DNA of 64,000 nt from an uncultured Alphaproteobacteria bacterium (GTDB taxonomy: Bacteria > Pseudomonadota > Alphaproteobacteria > RF32 > CAG-239). Of the stretch, positions 55,033 through 64,000 are shown one piece after another; position 1 is the stretch's first letter; the number at the start of each line of letters is the position of its first letter. Made by a program: the position numbers and the translations under genes. Where the stretch lies: positions 23,748-87,747 of the forward strand of contig CALXVR010000002.1 in assembly GCA_944392155.1 (NCBI GenBank), written 5' to 3'. Under the pieces are notes generated by a model. That model was not told the origin of the DNA and searched no databases. It worked only from the letters and a program-made list of their open reading frames with translations.

Positions 55033-56270
55033 AAAAAATATTTTTAATATCGGCGATATTGGTTGCTCTGGTTAGTTTCGGGGCTAAGGCTGCTTTGGAG
55101 AAGAAACCCGATTTTTCTGTTGATATGGATGCAAAGCTTCCGCCATATGAAGTTATGCTTAAAAAGTTTGTGGATGATAATAAGGTCGTTGATAGGAAGT
55201 ATGATTATCATTGGGATATAGGTAATGTTTTTGACAATGTTTTTCGGATGACCATTGATTATTACGGGCAGACGGAAAAAAGAGTTAAGAATATTCATGA
55301 AGATGATTTATTTGTAATGCTTTCAACAATTCCGCCAGAATATTATCAGTATATCGGTCCGTATTTGCATACCGTACCGAATATGCCGGAAAAGATATTA
55401 AATATGCCGGGGATAAAAGAGACTAAAAATCAGTTTCCTAAAAGAATTGCCAAAGAGCTCGAGGGAATTGAGGATTTGGAATTTGTTTCTCCTTATTTGT
55501 ATTATGTTTTGATGCCGGAAAGTTGGCCGGATTATCGCAAAACCATGGAAAAAATGCCTCTGCCCTCAACAAAGGCAAAGGTTAAACATGATCCCGAATT
55601 TTTTAAAAAAGTTAATGCATTGGTTCCGGATGAGATGTTTTATCCCGGTGCTTCAAAGCAAGATAAAATTACTCAGAGTGATTTAAGAACACTTGAGCCG
55701 ACGCAAAACAGTCCGTTGACATCTGCTGATGTGAAGGCATTCATCGGAACTTTAGATAAAGTTAATAAATTTACAAAAGATTTGAAAATTTATGACAGGA
55801 TTAATACTGCCGGAAGGCTTATTGATATGTGGGAAAAAGAGCAGGGAAGCGGTATGCAGGTTAGTTTGCTCAAAGATTTGGTTAATCCATGTCAAAGATT
55901 GGTGCAAAAGGTAAAGTATGCCGGATTGGAAAGAGATTTTTCTAAGTTGATTAATGCAGACGGTTTTGATATTGAGGGTTGGGCTTATACATGCGATAAG
56001 ACCGTTAAGGCTTATAGAGTTTCTATGCTGACCAGAAGTATCATGGCCGGTATTTTGATGTATAAACAAGGGGTTTATGATGCTTTGCGTGATATCGGCG
56101 GAGTACGCATAGGTAATCTGCAAAGAGAAACGGTTGAGGCCATTTTGGCCATGTATAGAGCGCCGATGAATGATGTTTTGGAAACGAGAAAAAATAGAAG
56201 CGAACTCAGAAGAAAGATTATTGACAACAACAGATTTATAGGTAATGCTCCAATTTTAGTGTTGTATTAA
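55029..56270 (+). CDS. Secreted hypothetical protein
   Basis: 413 aa with a signal peptide (…VSFGAKAA). It overlaps the upstream gene by 4 nt (ATGA). Confidence 0.55.
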   Translation: MKKIFLISAILVALVSFGAKAALEKKPDFSVDMDAKLPPYEVMLKKFVDDNKVVDRKYDYHWDIGNVFDNVFRMTIDYYGQTEKRVKNIHEDDLFVMLSTIPPEYYQYIGPYLHTVPNMPEKILNMPGIKETKNQFPKRIAKELEGIEDLEFVSPYLYYVLMPESWPDYRKTMEKMPLPSTKAKVKHDPEFFKKVNALVPDEMFYPGASKQDKITQSDLRTLEPTQNSPLTSADVKAFIGTLDKVNKFTKDLKIYDRINTAGRLIDMWEKEQGSGMQVSLLKDLVNPCQRLVQKVKYAGLERDFSKLINADGFDIEGWAYTCDKTVKAYRVSMLTRSIMAGILMYKQGVYDALRDIGGVRIGNLQRETVEAILAMYRAPMNDVLETRKNRSELRRKIIDNNRFIGNAPILVLY

Positions 56271-56297
56271 GCAGGATTTTTAGCAAGGACGAAAAGT

Positions 56298-57623
56298 ATG
56301 AGAACAGTTGTGTTGGGCGGCGGTGAAAGCGGGACAGGCGCTTGCTTGCTGGCAAAAAAGCTCGGACATGAAGTGTTTTTATCCGACAAGGGGAATTTGT
56401 CTGACAAGTATCGAGAGGTTTTGATTAAAAATCAGATAGATTTTGAGGAAGGGCAACATAGTCTTGATAAAATTTATAATGCCGATTTAGTGATTAAAAG
56501 TCCGGGGATACCGGAAAATAATCCGGTTGTGGAAGAGTTGCGCCGTCGCAAGGTTGAAGTGATTTCGGAAATTGAGTTTGCCGGACGCAACAGCTCTGCT
56601 AGAATGTGTTGTATTACGGGAAGCAACGGCAAAACAACCACAACACTTTTAACTAAACATATTTTGGATGTGGCAGGCGTTGATGCCGGTTTGGCCGGAA
56701 ATGTCGGTTTCTCTCTGGCGGCACAGGTCGCAGAAAATGCGCATTCTTTATATGTGATTGAATTATCCAGTTTTCAGTTGGACGGAATGTATGATTTCAG
56801 AGCTGATGTAGCCGTCCTGACCAATATTACGCCGGATCATTTGGATAGATATGATTTTAAGTTTGAGAACTATATTAATTCAAAGTTTCGGATTTTGCAG
56901 AATATGCGAGAAGATGACCTGTTTATTTATGGTTATGACAGCGATGTCGTACGTGAGAAAGTCGCAAGCTTGAATATTGTGCCCAAAGCTGCGCCCTTTA
57001 CCTATCTTGACAAAAAAGAATGTGCGGCGTATATGGACGGCAATAAGTTGGTGGCAAAAGAATCGGGTCGAGAGTTCGTTATTGATAAAGATGAAATTAC
57101 CATCAAAGGGCGCCACAATGTTTATAATGCCATGTGCGCTGTTTTGGCCTGTATGCGGCTGGGCGTAAGCAATGAGAAAATAGCCGAAGGTTTAAGGACA
57201 TTTCCGCAAGTGGAACATCGGTTGGAAACGGTCTTGGTTAGAGACGGTGTTACTTATATTAATGATTCAAAGGCTACAAATGTTGATTCCGCGTGGTATG
57301 CTTTGGACAGTATGACGGCGCCGGTTGTATGGATTGCGGGTGGCAAAGATAAAGGTAATGACTACAGCGTGTTGTTTGATTTGGTTAAGGCTAAAGTCAA
57401 AACGCTGGTTTGTATGGGATTGCATAACGAAAAACTGATTGAAAGTTTTTCGCCGATTTGCGAAGTGGTTGATACCGATAATCTGGCAGATGCCGTTAAG
57501 GCAGCCAAGGCTCATGCTCAAGCGGGAGATGTTGTGTTGCTCTCGCCTTGTTGTGCCAGTTTTGATTTGTTTAAGAGCTATGAACATCGCGGTGAGATGT
57601 TTAAGGAAGAAGTGAGAAAGTAG
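56298..57623 (+). CDS. murD: UDP-N-acetylmuramoylalanine--D-glutamate ligase
   Basis: 441 aa with the N-terminal GGGESGTG Rossmann motif and the Mur ligase P-loop GSNGKTTT. Confidence 0.88.
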   Translation: MRTVVLGGGESGTGACLLAKKLGHEVFLSDKGNLSDKYREVLIKNQIDFEEGQHSLDKIYNADLVIKSPGIPENNPVVEELRRRKVEVISEIEFAGRNSSARMCCITGSNGKTTTTLLTKHILDVAGVDAGLAGNVGFSLAAQVAENAHSLYVIELSSFQLDGMYDFRADVAVLTNITPDHLDRYDFKFENYINSKFRILQNMREDDLFIYGYDSDVVREKVASLNIVPKAAPFTYLDKKECAAYMDGNKLVAKESGREFVIDKDEITIKGRHNVYNAMCAVLACMRLGVSNEKIAEGLRTFPQVEHRLETVLVRDGVTYINDSKATNVDSAWYALDSMTAPVVWIAGGKDKGNDYSVLFDLVKAKVKTLVCMGLHNEKLIESFSPICEVVDTDNLADAVKAAKAHAQAGDVVLLSPCCASFDLFKSYEHRGEMFKEEVRK

Positions 57624-57630
57624 AAACAAA

Positions 57631-59007
57631 ATGACGATTTTGGATAATATTAAAAATGTATATTTCGTCGGAATCGGCGGTATCGGTATGAGTGCTTTGG
57701 CTCGTTATTTTAAGATTAAGGGCTATAATGTTGCCGGATATGACCGCACCAAAACAGCTTTGACCGAAAAAATGGCCACTCAGGAAGACATTGAGATTAA
57801 TTATGTGGATGAAGTCGCTGAAATCGGTGAGATATATCGTGATACCGATAAAACGTTGGTCGTTTATACGCCAGCTATTCCGCAAGATAACAAGCAGCTT
57901 AATTTCTTTATTGAAAACGGAATGAAGCCGCATAAACGCTCCGAGGTGTTAGGACTTTTGTCGCAAGCGGGAAAGGCTTTGTGTGTGGCAGGAACACACG
58001 GCAAAACCACAACTTCTACATTGCTTGCTTGGCTTTTGCATAATTCCAAAATTAAGTGCAGTGCTTTTTTGGGGGGTATATCCGAGAATTTCGGAACGAA
58101 TTTGTTGGTGGACACCACATCTGATTATATTGTTATTGAAGCAGATGAGTTCGATCGTTCGTTTTTGACGCTTAACCCCGAAAAAGCGGTTATAACATCC
58201 ATGGATGCCGATCATATGGATATTTACGGCAGCAGGGAAAGTATTTTGGCGGCTTTTGAAGATTTTGCAGATAGAATCGTTGAAGGCGGAAAGCTCTTTA
58301 TTAAACAAGGCTTAGAAATTAAACGTCGTAAGGTTGACGGTTATTATTGCTTGAACGGTAAGGCTGATTTTTATTCGGATAATCTGCGTTTGGAAAACGG
58401 TTTGTATACCTTTGATTATCACGGTATGAACGGCGATATTTTTGATTTGAAGCTCGGTGTGCCGGGGATGGTTAATGTAGAAAATGCGACAGCGGCGATT
58501 ACGGTTGCTTTGGACTGCGGCGTTACCGAAGAAGAGATTAGAAAAGCTTTGCCTGAATTTAAGGGCGTGCATCGTCGTTTTAATATTATCTTAGCTAATG
58601 AAAATTTAACTTTGATTGATGATTATGCTCACCATCCCAAGGAGATTGAAGCAACTTTGCGTTCGGTTCGTCAAATTTGGCCCGAAAAACATTTGATGGT
58701 TATTTTTCAGCCGCATTTGTATTCTCGTACCAAAGATTTTGCTCCTGAGTTTGCTACCAGCTTGTCTTTGGCAGATGAAGTTATTTTGATGAATATTTAT
58801 CCGGCGCGTGAAAAGCCTATTCCAAATGTTACGTCTGATATTATCATGGATAAGATTAGCGTGCCCGTAAAATTGCTGAGTGAAGAAGAGATTGTGAAGG
58901 CTTCTTCCGATTTCAAAGGAATCGTCATTACTATGGGAGCCGGTGATATTGATAAATTGCCCGTAAAAATTTATGCAAAAATAAATTGTCTAAAATCAGC
59001 TGCTTAG
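57631..59007 (+). CDS. murC: UDP-N-acetylmuramate--L-alanine ligase
   Basis: 458 aa with the N-terminal VGIGGIGMSALA, the P-loop GTHGKTTT and DDYAHHP. Confidence 0.88.
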   Translation: MTILDNIKNVYFVGIGGIGMSALARYFKIKGYNVAGYDRTKTALTEKMATQEDIEINYVDEVAEIGEIYRDTDKTLVVYTPAIPQDNKQLNFFIENGMKPHKRSEVLGLLSQAGKALCVAGTHGKTTTSTLLAWLLHNSKIKCSAFLGGISENFGTNLLVDTTSDYIVIEADEFDRSFLTLNPEKAVITSMDADHMDIYGSRESILAAFEDFADRIVEGGKLFIKQGLEIKRRKVDGYYCLNGKADFYSDNLRLENGLYTFDYHGMNGDIFDLKLGVPGMVNVENATAAITVALDCGVTEEEIRKALPEFKGVHRRFNIILANENLTLIDDYAHHPKEIEATLRSVRQIWPEKHLMVIFQPHLYSRTKDFAPEFATSLSLADEVILMNIYPAREKPIPNVTSDIIMDKISVPVKLLSEEEIVKASSDFKGIVITMGAGDIDKLPVKIYAKINCLKSAA

Positions 59008-59101
59008 ACGGTTTTTTAATATTTTTTTCTTGCAATTTGATTTTATTTGAGCTTATAACACTTAAAAAATTGATTTAACTTATTAAAAAAGGTAAAAGAA
59101 A

Positions 59102-59593
59102 ATGGCTCGTGTTACAGTTGAAGACTGCGTTGATAAAATTCCGAATCGCTATGAGTTGTTGATGGTTGCAGCTCAGAGAGCGAAAGATATCAGCTCCGGT
59201 GCACCGATTACGGTTGCCAGAGACAACGATAAGAATCCGGTTATTGCTTTGCGTGAAATTGCAGAAGAAACCGTCAGCATTGAAGAACTGCAAAAGTCTT
59301 TGGTTATGGGCTTGCAAAAATATGTTGAAGTTGAGGAGCCGGAAGAAGAAGAGCTTGAGATTATGGCTGCCGAAAAAGAATTGGCTGATTTGGATGAGCA
59401 GTTCTCCGGTTTGTTGCTTGACGGCGAAATGGCTGACGGTATGCAGGTTCATGGCGGCGATGATGACGATGTTTTGGATTTGGATGCCGCAGATGCCGGT
59501 AGCGATGACGATATTTCGCTTGATGATGAAGCCGGAATGGATGACGGATTTGATATGGGCGACGATGTTGCCGATGATTTTGACGAAGAATAA
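59102..59593 (+). CDS. rpoZ: RNA polymerase omega subunit with a long acidic C-terminal extension
   Basis: 163 aa. The N-terminus [30 protein letters not shown] is canonical RpoZ. The C-terminal ~80 aa are D/E-rich. Confidence 0.88.
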   Translation: MARVTVEDCVDKIPNRYELLMVAAQRAKDISSGAPITVARDNDKNPVIALREIAEETVSIEELQKSLVMGLQKYVEVEEPEEEELEIMAAEKELADLDEQFSGLLLDGEMADGMQVHGGDDDDVLDLDAADAGSDDDISLDDEAGMDDGFDMGDDVADDFDEE

Positions 59594-59616
59594 AATCAAT
59601 ATCATAAAAATCTTGG

Positions 59617-59645
59617 AAAAACCCCGCATAATCTGCGGGGTTTTT
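59617..59645 (+). terminator. Rho-independent terminator after rpoZ
   Basis: A5-CCCCGCA-TAATC-TGCGGGG-T5. Confidence 0.8.
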
Positions 59646-59743
59646 GCTGGTTTAAAGTAATTGTTAATTTTTTAATTGTAGTATAAAATAGCTTTCAAAG
59701 CAGGATTTTTGAAGAATTTTTTTATTGGAATAATAAGGTTGCA

Positions 59744-61894
59744 ATGTTAAGACAGTATGAACTTGTTGATTTAGTAAAATCATATGACCCCGATGCCGAT
59801 GAAGATGCATTAAACCGCGCCTATGTGTTTGCGATGAAAAAGCACGGCGCACAGCTCAGAACCTCCGGCGATCCTTATTATTCGCATCCGGTGGAAGTGG
59901 CCGGTATTTTAACAAAATTTAAGTTGGATTCCGTTTCCATTATTGCCGGCTTGCTTCATGATACGGTGGAAGATACGGATACGACGGTTGAAGAAGTACG
60001 GGAACTTTTTGGCGACCAAGTGGCGCAAATTGTTGATGGCTTGACTAAGTTGGCCAAGATTGAGCAAAAGTCAGCAAATAATAAACAAGCTGAAAATTTC
60101 CGTAAGCTTTTGCTCGCTATGTCCGAAGATATTCGCGTTTTGCTGATTAAGTTGGCTGACCGCTTGCATAATATGCGTACGTTGCATTTTTGTGCGCCGG
60201 AAAAAAGAGCGCGCATTTCCAGAGAGACTTTGGATATTTATGCGCCTTTGGCCGAGCGTATCGGTATGCAGGAAGTTAAGAGCGAGTTGGAAGAAATTGC
60301 TTTTGCCGAGCTGCATAAGGAAGCACATGATTCTATTGTGGCACGTCTGAACTTCTTGCGCGAAAAAGACAGCAATTTGGTGCCGAAGATTATTGAGCAG
60401 TTGCAAAAAGATATGGAAGAAAACGGTATTAAAGCCGTTGTTTCCGGCAGAGAAAAAACGCCTTATTCCATTTGGCGCAAAATGCAGCAGAAAAATGCTT
60501 CTTTTGAACAACTTTCCGATATTATGGCTTTCCGCATTATTGTTGATGATGTGGCAACTTGTTATCAGGCTCTGGGTATTGTTCACAGCAAATATCATAT
60601 GGTGCCGAGACGTTTTAAGGATTATATTTCAACGCCAAAACCGAATGGTTATCAATCTATTCATACCGGAGTTATCGGTCCGGAGAATACGCGTATTGAA
60701 ATCCAAATCCGTACGCACGAAATGCACGAAATCGGTGAGAAAGGTGTGGCGGCGCACTGGGCTTATAAGCAAGGGCAAAAAGCTGAGGGTAAAAACTTTC
60801 GCTGGATTAGAGAATTGTTGGAGATTTTGGAACAAGCCTCAAATCCTGAGGAGTTTTTGGAAAACACCAAACTTGAAATGTATAATGATCAGGTCTTTTG
60901 CTTTACACCTAAAGGAGACCTTATCGGTTTGCCGGTTAATTCCACACCGGTTGATTTTGCTTATGCCGTGCATTCTTCGGTCGGTGATACTTGCGTGGGT
61001 GCAAAAATCAATGGCGAAATTCGTCCGTTGAGAACGGTTTTGCAAAATGGTGATCAGGTTGAGATTTTGACCTCAAAAGCACAGCATCCGTCAACAGAAT
61101 GGGAACGTTTTGTGGTTACGGGCAAAGCCAAAGCCGCTATCAGACGTTATGTTCGTGCTTATAAGCGTGAGCAATTTATTACGCTTGGGCAAGAGATTTT
61201 GGAGCGGTTGTTTAAGGGTGAGAATCTGGAGTTCTCAGAAAAAGGGCTGGTTAATGTTTTGCCGAATTTTGAGGCGGAAACGATTGATGATATTTATGCC
61301 AAAGTCGGTGAGGGTATTGTTACCGGTTGGGATGTTTTGAAAGCGGTGTACCCCGGCTATAAACAATCTAAACTTGAAAAAGTGGTTAAGTCGGTTAAAT
61401 TGCCAAGCTTTAAAAAATTGGTTAAACCGAAGAAAGGTAAAGGTGAACCTCTTAAAATCAAAGGTCTTATCCCCGGAATGGCCGTGCATTTTGCCGGTTG
61501 TTGCCATCCGTTGCCGGGAGACAGGATTGTCGGTATTGTTACGACCGGAAAAGGCGTGGCGGTGCATACGATTGATTGTAAGGCTTTGGAAAAATATGCC
61601 GATGAGCCGGAGCGGTGGTTGGATATTGCTTGGGGCGAGGAAGCTGAAAACGAAATGCACACCGGCCGCTTGAAGATTATGCTGGCAAATGAGCCCGGAA
61701 CATTGGCGGAATTGTCAAACTTAATTGCGCGAAATAACGGTAATATAGCCAATTTGAATATTGTTAACCGAACTGTAAGTTATTTTGAAATATTGGTGGA
61801 TGTTGAAGTCAGAGATTTAAAACATTTGACTGATATTATTGCCGCTCTTAAGGCTTCTAAAGTTATTTCATATGTGGCTCGCGCCGCTCAATAA
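59744..61894 (+). CDS. spoT: Bifunctional (p)ppGpp synthetase/hydrolase (RelA/SpoT homolog)
   Basis: 716 aa with an HD domain (HPVEVA...LLHDTVEDT), a RelA_SpoT synthetase region, and TGS and ACT-like C-terminal domains. Confidence 0.9.
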   Translation: MLRQYELVDLVKSYDPDADEDALNRAYVFAMKKHGAQLRTSGDPYYSHPVEVAGILTKFKLDSVSIIAGLLHDTVEDTDTTVEEVRELFGDQVAQIVDGLTKLAKIEQKSANNKQAENFRKLLLAMSEDIRVLLIKLADRLHNMRTLHFCAPEKRARISRETLDIYAPLAERIGMQEVKSELEEIAFAELHKEAHDSIVARLNFLREKDSNLVPKIIEQLQKDMEENGIKAVVSGREKTPYSIWRKMQQKNASFEQLSDIMAFRIIVDDVATCYQALGIVHSKYHMVPRRFKDYISTPKPNGYQSIHTGVIGPENTRIEIQIRTHEMHEIGEKGVAAHWAYKQGQKAEGKNFRWIRELLEILEQASNPEEFLENTKLEMYNDQVFCFTPKGDLIGLPVNSTPVDFAYAVHSSVGDTCVGAKINGEIRPLRTVLQNGDQVEILTSKAQHPSTEWERFVVTGKAKAAIRRYVRAYKREQFITLGQEILERLFKGENLEFSEKGLVNVLPNFEAETIDDIYAKVGEGIVTGWDVLKAVYPGYKQSKLEKVVKSVKLPSFKKLVKPKKGKGEPLKIKGLIPGMAVHFAGCCHPLPGDRIVGIVTTGKGVAVHTIDCKALEKYADEPERWLDIAWGEEAENEMHTGRLKIMLANEPGTLAELSNLIARNNGNIANLNIVNRTVSYFEILVDVEVRDLKHLTDIIAALKASKVISYVARAAQ

Positions 61895-61910
61895 AACTAA
61901 ATGGGGATTT

Positions 61911-62318
61911 ATGATGATTGTTGGAATCGGCTGTGATTTAGCAAATATTGACAGATTGGAAGAAACGCTTAAACAGTTTGGCAGTAGGTTTTTGGATAGA
62001 GCATTTTCAGAGACGGAAAAAGCAGAAATCGCGCGGCGCAAAAAACTTTCGCCACGCGAATATGCCTGCGCGGCAGCAAAGCGTTTTGCGGCCAAGGAAG
62101 CTTGCACTAAGGCTTTGGGTACGGGGTTTCGTGATGGTGTGTTTATGAAAGATATTGAGATTGTGCATTTGCCCAGCGGTAAGCCTGAAATGCATCTTTA
62201 TAACGGAGCTAAAAAGAAGTTGGATGAAATCTGCCAAAACGGGCAAGCGCATGTGCATGTTACAATGACGGATGATTATCCTTGGGCACAGGCCTTTGTT
62301 GTTATTGAAATTATTTAA
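61911..62318 (+). CDS. acpS: Holo-[acyl-carrier-protein] synthase
   Basis: 135 aa from the ATG at 61911 (MMIVGIGCDL...). The longer ORF in the track overlaps spoT and is unlikely to be real. Confidence 0.8.
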   Translation: MMIVGIGCDLANIDRLEETLKQFGSRFLDRAFSETEKAEIARRKKLSPREYACAAAKRFAAKEACTKALGTGFRDGVFMKDIEIVHLPSGKPEMHLYNGAKKKLDEICQNGQAHVHVTMTDDYPWAQAFVVIEII

Positions 62319-62441
62319 ACTTTGGGGTTGATATAATTAAAATAATGACTAGTATATGAGCGTTATTTTAGAAAAAGGCATAAGAGGTGTTTTTCTCTAA
62401 AATAACAGTAGGTTAAAACAATTGGTTTATGAGGTTTTGCG

Positions 62442-63170
62442 ATGGAGAAAGAAGAGAGCCTGGCCGATACGATTAAGACGGTGATTTATGCTATTGTTAT
62501 TGCTATTTTGATTCGTACATTTTTATTTGAACCGTTTAAGATTCCGTCCGGCTCAATGTATCCGACCCTTTATGTCGGGGACTATTTGTTTGTTTCAAAA
62601 TATACATATGGTTATTCCAAACATTCTCTGCCGTTTTCTATGCCTTTAATCAGCGGGCGTATTTGGGCCGATATGCCGGAACGCGGTGATGTGGTTGTTT
62701 TTAAGTTTCCGCAAGATAATAAGACAGATTTTATTAAGCGCATTATCGGCTTACCGGGGGATAAGATTAAGGTTGAAAACGGACGTTTGTATGTTAACGG
62801 TAAGCTTGTTGAACGCAGAAAAGTCGATGATTTTGTAGTAAGGGATGCTGCGGGAAACGCAGAGCGCTATCATCAGTATACAGAGGTTTTGCCGGAAGGT
62901 TTTACTCATAAGATTATTGAAGTTTCCGATAATGAAGGAGCTGATAATACAATTGAGGTTAGTGTGCCTCAAGGAAGCTTTTTCGTTATGGGGGATAACC
63001 GAGATAAATCTAATGACAGCCGTTTTGATGTCGGCTTTGTGCCTTTTGAAAATTTGGTCGGTAAAGCGCGCTTTTTGTTCTTTTCTCATAATGATGAAGG
63101 GGCTTGGTATAAGCCTTGGACTTGGCCGAAAAAAATCCGTTGGGAGCGGCTTTTTGATACGATCGATTAG
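62442..63170 (+). CDS. lepB: Signal peptidase I
   Basis: 242 aa with catalytic Ser (IPSGSMYPTL) and Lys (DFIKRIIGLPGD) boxes and GDNRDKSNDSR. Confidence 0.9.
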   Translation: MEKEESLADTIKTVIYAIVIAILIRTFLFEPFKIPSGSMYPTLYVGDYLFVSKYTYGYSKHSLPFSMPLISGRIWADMPERGDVVVFKFPQDNKTDFIKRIIGLPGDKIKVENGRLYVNGKLVERRKVDDFVVRDAAGNAERYHQYTEVLPEGFTHKIIEVSDNEGADNTIEVSVPQGSFFVMGDNRDKSNDSRFDVGFVPFENLVGKARFLFFSHNDEGAWYKPWTWPKKIRWERLFDTID

Positions 63171-63188
63171 TTGAAGGGGCCAAATAAA

Positions 63189-63857
63189 ATGGAAAATTTG
63201 GAAAAGCTCGAAAAAATCTTGGGCTATAGTTTTAAAAATAAGCATCTGCTCAAGCAAGCCTTAACGCATAGTAGTTATTCTTCCAAACTTACTGAAAATT
63301 ATGAACGTTTGGAGTTTTTGGGCGACAGAGTTTTGGGGCTGACGATTGCCGCATTGTTGTATCGTATGTTTCCGAATGAGCCGGAAGGAAATATGTCGCA
63401 GCGTCATACCGGTTTGGTTAACAAAGATTGTGTTTCGGAAGTTGCCAAGCGTTTGGGGTTGGATAAGTTTGTTATTTTGGCAAATGAGGAAATCCGCGAA
63501 AACGAAAATGTGCTTTGCGATGTCTGCGAAGCAGTTATCGGCGCAATCTTTATTGATGCCGGTTGTGAACAGGCGGTTGATTTTGTGAACCAGCATTGGA
63601 AAGATTTAATTGATAAAAATGTGGCGCCGCCTAAAGATGCCAAAACGATGTTACAAGAAGCAGCTCATAATTTGGGTTTGAGCAGTCCGCAATATAAACT
63701 TATCGGGCGCGAAGGTAGCGAGCATGAGCCCTTGTTTCATATGGAAGTCAGCTTCTCTAACGGTGTGGCGGAAAAAGGTGTCGGTCGCAACAAAAAGCTA
63801 GCCGAGCAAGAGGCTGCTGCTAAAATGCTTGTTAAACTCGGAGTTAAGAATGGATAA
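63189..63857 (+). CDS. rnc: Ribonuclease III
   Basis: 222 aa from the ATG at 63189, with the signature [11 protein letters not shown] and a dsRBD C-terminus. Confidence 0.9.
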   Translation: MENLEKLEKILGYSFKNKHLLKQALTHSSYSSKLTENYERLEFLGDRVLGLTIAALLYRMFPNEPEGNMSQRHTGLVNKDCVSEVAKRLGLDKFVILANEEIRENENVLCDVCEAVIGAIFIDAGCEQAVDFVNQHWKDLIDKNVAPPKDAKTMLQEAAHNLGLSSPQYKLIGREGSEHEPLFHMEVSFSNGVAEKGVGRNKKLAEQEAAAKMLVKLGVKNG

Positions 63858-64000
63858 TTCTTCCGATATACTTAACCAAACGCGTTGCGGATTTGTGGCG
63901 CTTATCGGTGCGCCAAATGCCGGAAAATCGACTATTACCAACAATTTTGTCGGCTCTAAGGTTTCTATTGTTTCTCCTAAGGTACAAACAACCAGAACTT
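63850..64000 (+). CDS. era: GTPase Era, N-terminal part; gene continues beyond the window end
   Basis: The ATG at 63850 overlaps the rnc stop. The G1 motif is GAPNAGKST. The lepB-rnc-era order is conserved. Confidence 0.85.
   Translation, partial: MDNSSDILNQTRCGFVALIGAPNAGKSTITNNFVGSKVSIVSPKVQTTRT

Noticed and set aside
59075-59660. 184-aa minus-strand and 164-aa plus-strand ORFs overlapping rpoZ.
   Set aside because: They are artefacts of the GAT/GAC/GAA-rich acidic-tail coding repeat. The rpoZ frame has the conserved N-terminus.
61839-61910. Extended acpS start overlapping spoT by 56 nt.
   Set aside because: The conserved AcpS N-terminus (MIVGIGCD) begins at the ATG at 61911. The extension has no homology-like features.
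1-64000. CRISPR arrays, rRNA genes, IS elements/transposases, integrases and prophage structural genes.
   Set aside because: I recognised no regularly spaced short repeats, rRNA-like sequence, DDE/tyrosine/serine recombinase motifs or phage structural motifs anywhere in the window on either strand.

Overview
The window looks like chromosomal DNA from a low-GC, flagellated alphaproteobacterium. This is inferred from a GcrA-like regulator, a CcrM/M.HinfI-type adenine methyltransferase, MipZ, HdaA, a CckA-like hybrid kinase and the rpoZ-spoT-acpS-lepB-rnc-era gene order. No species can be assigned from sequence alone. About two thirds of the window is ordinary core content: an RND efflux operon, eptA-like gene, flhB/fliR/fliQ, pgm, mipZ, a PBP5-type carboxypeptidase, rluD, rpoH, tsaC, pepA, an M29 aminopeptidase, a 1188-aa pyruvate:ferredoxin oxidoreductase, motAB, gcrA, murD, murC, tRNA-His and tRNA-Gly. 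Several accessory segments interrupt it. (1) A ~3.1 kb AT-rich insertion sits immediately 3' of tRNA-His, bracketed by ~70-bp direct repeats. It has no integrase and carries a PD-(D/E)xK nuclease ORF translationally coupled to an acidic ORF, plus two further orphans, with a palindrome repeated in front of two of its transcription units. (2) A Cd/Zn-type P1B ATPase cassette abuts that insertion. (3) An eight-gene minus-strand cluster is built around an orphan VirD4/TraG-type coupling protein. It contains two membrane proteins that share a novel N-terminal domain and ends in an HNH-like nuclease plus SUKH (SMI1/KNR4) immunity pair. (4) A second, paralogous HNH-like/SUKH pair, with a long basic tail on the nuclease protein, is wedged between tsaC and pepA. 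(5) A tail-anchored kinase-fold protein with a substituted catalytic loop overlaps a small membrane-protein gene. (6) A duplicated tRNA-Gly 3' end plus terminator lies beside tRNA-Gly. I consider (1) and (3)+(4) the best candidates for an undescribed system. All functional assignments rest on motif recognition by eye and need HMM or structure searches.
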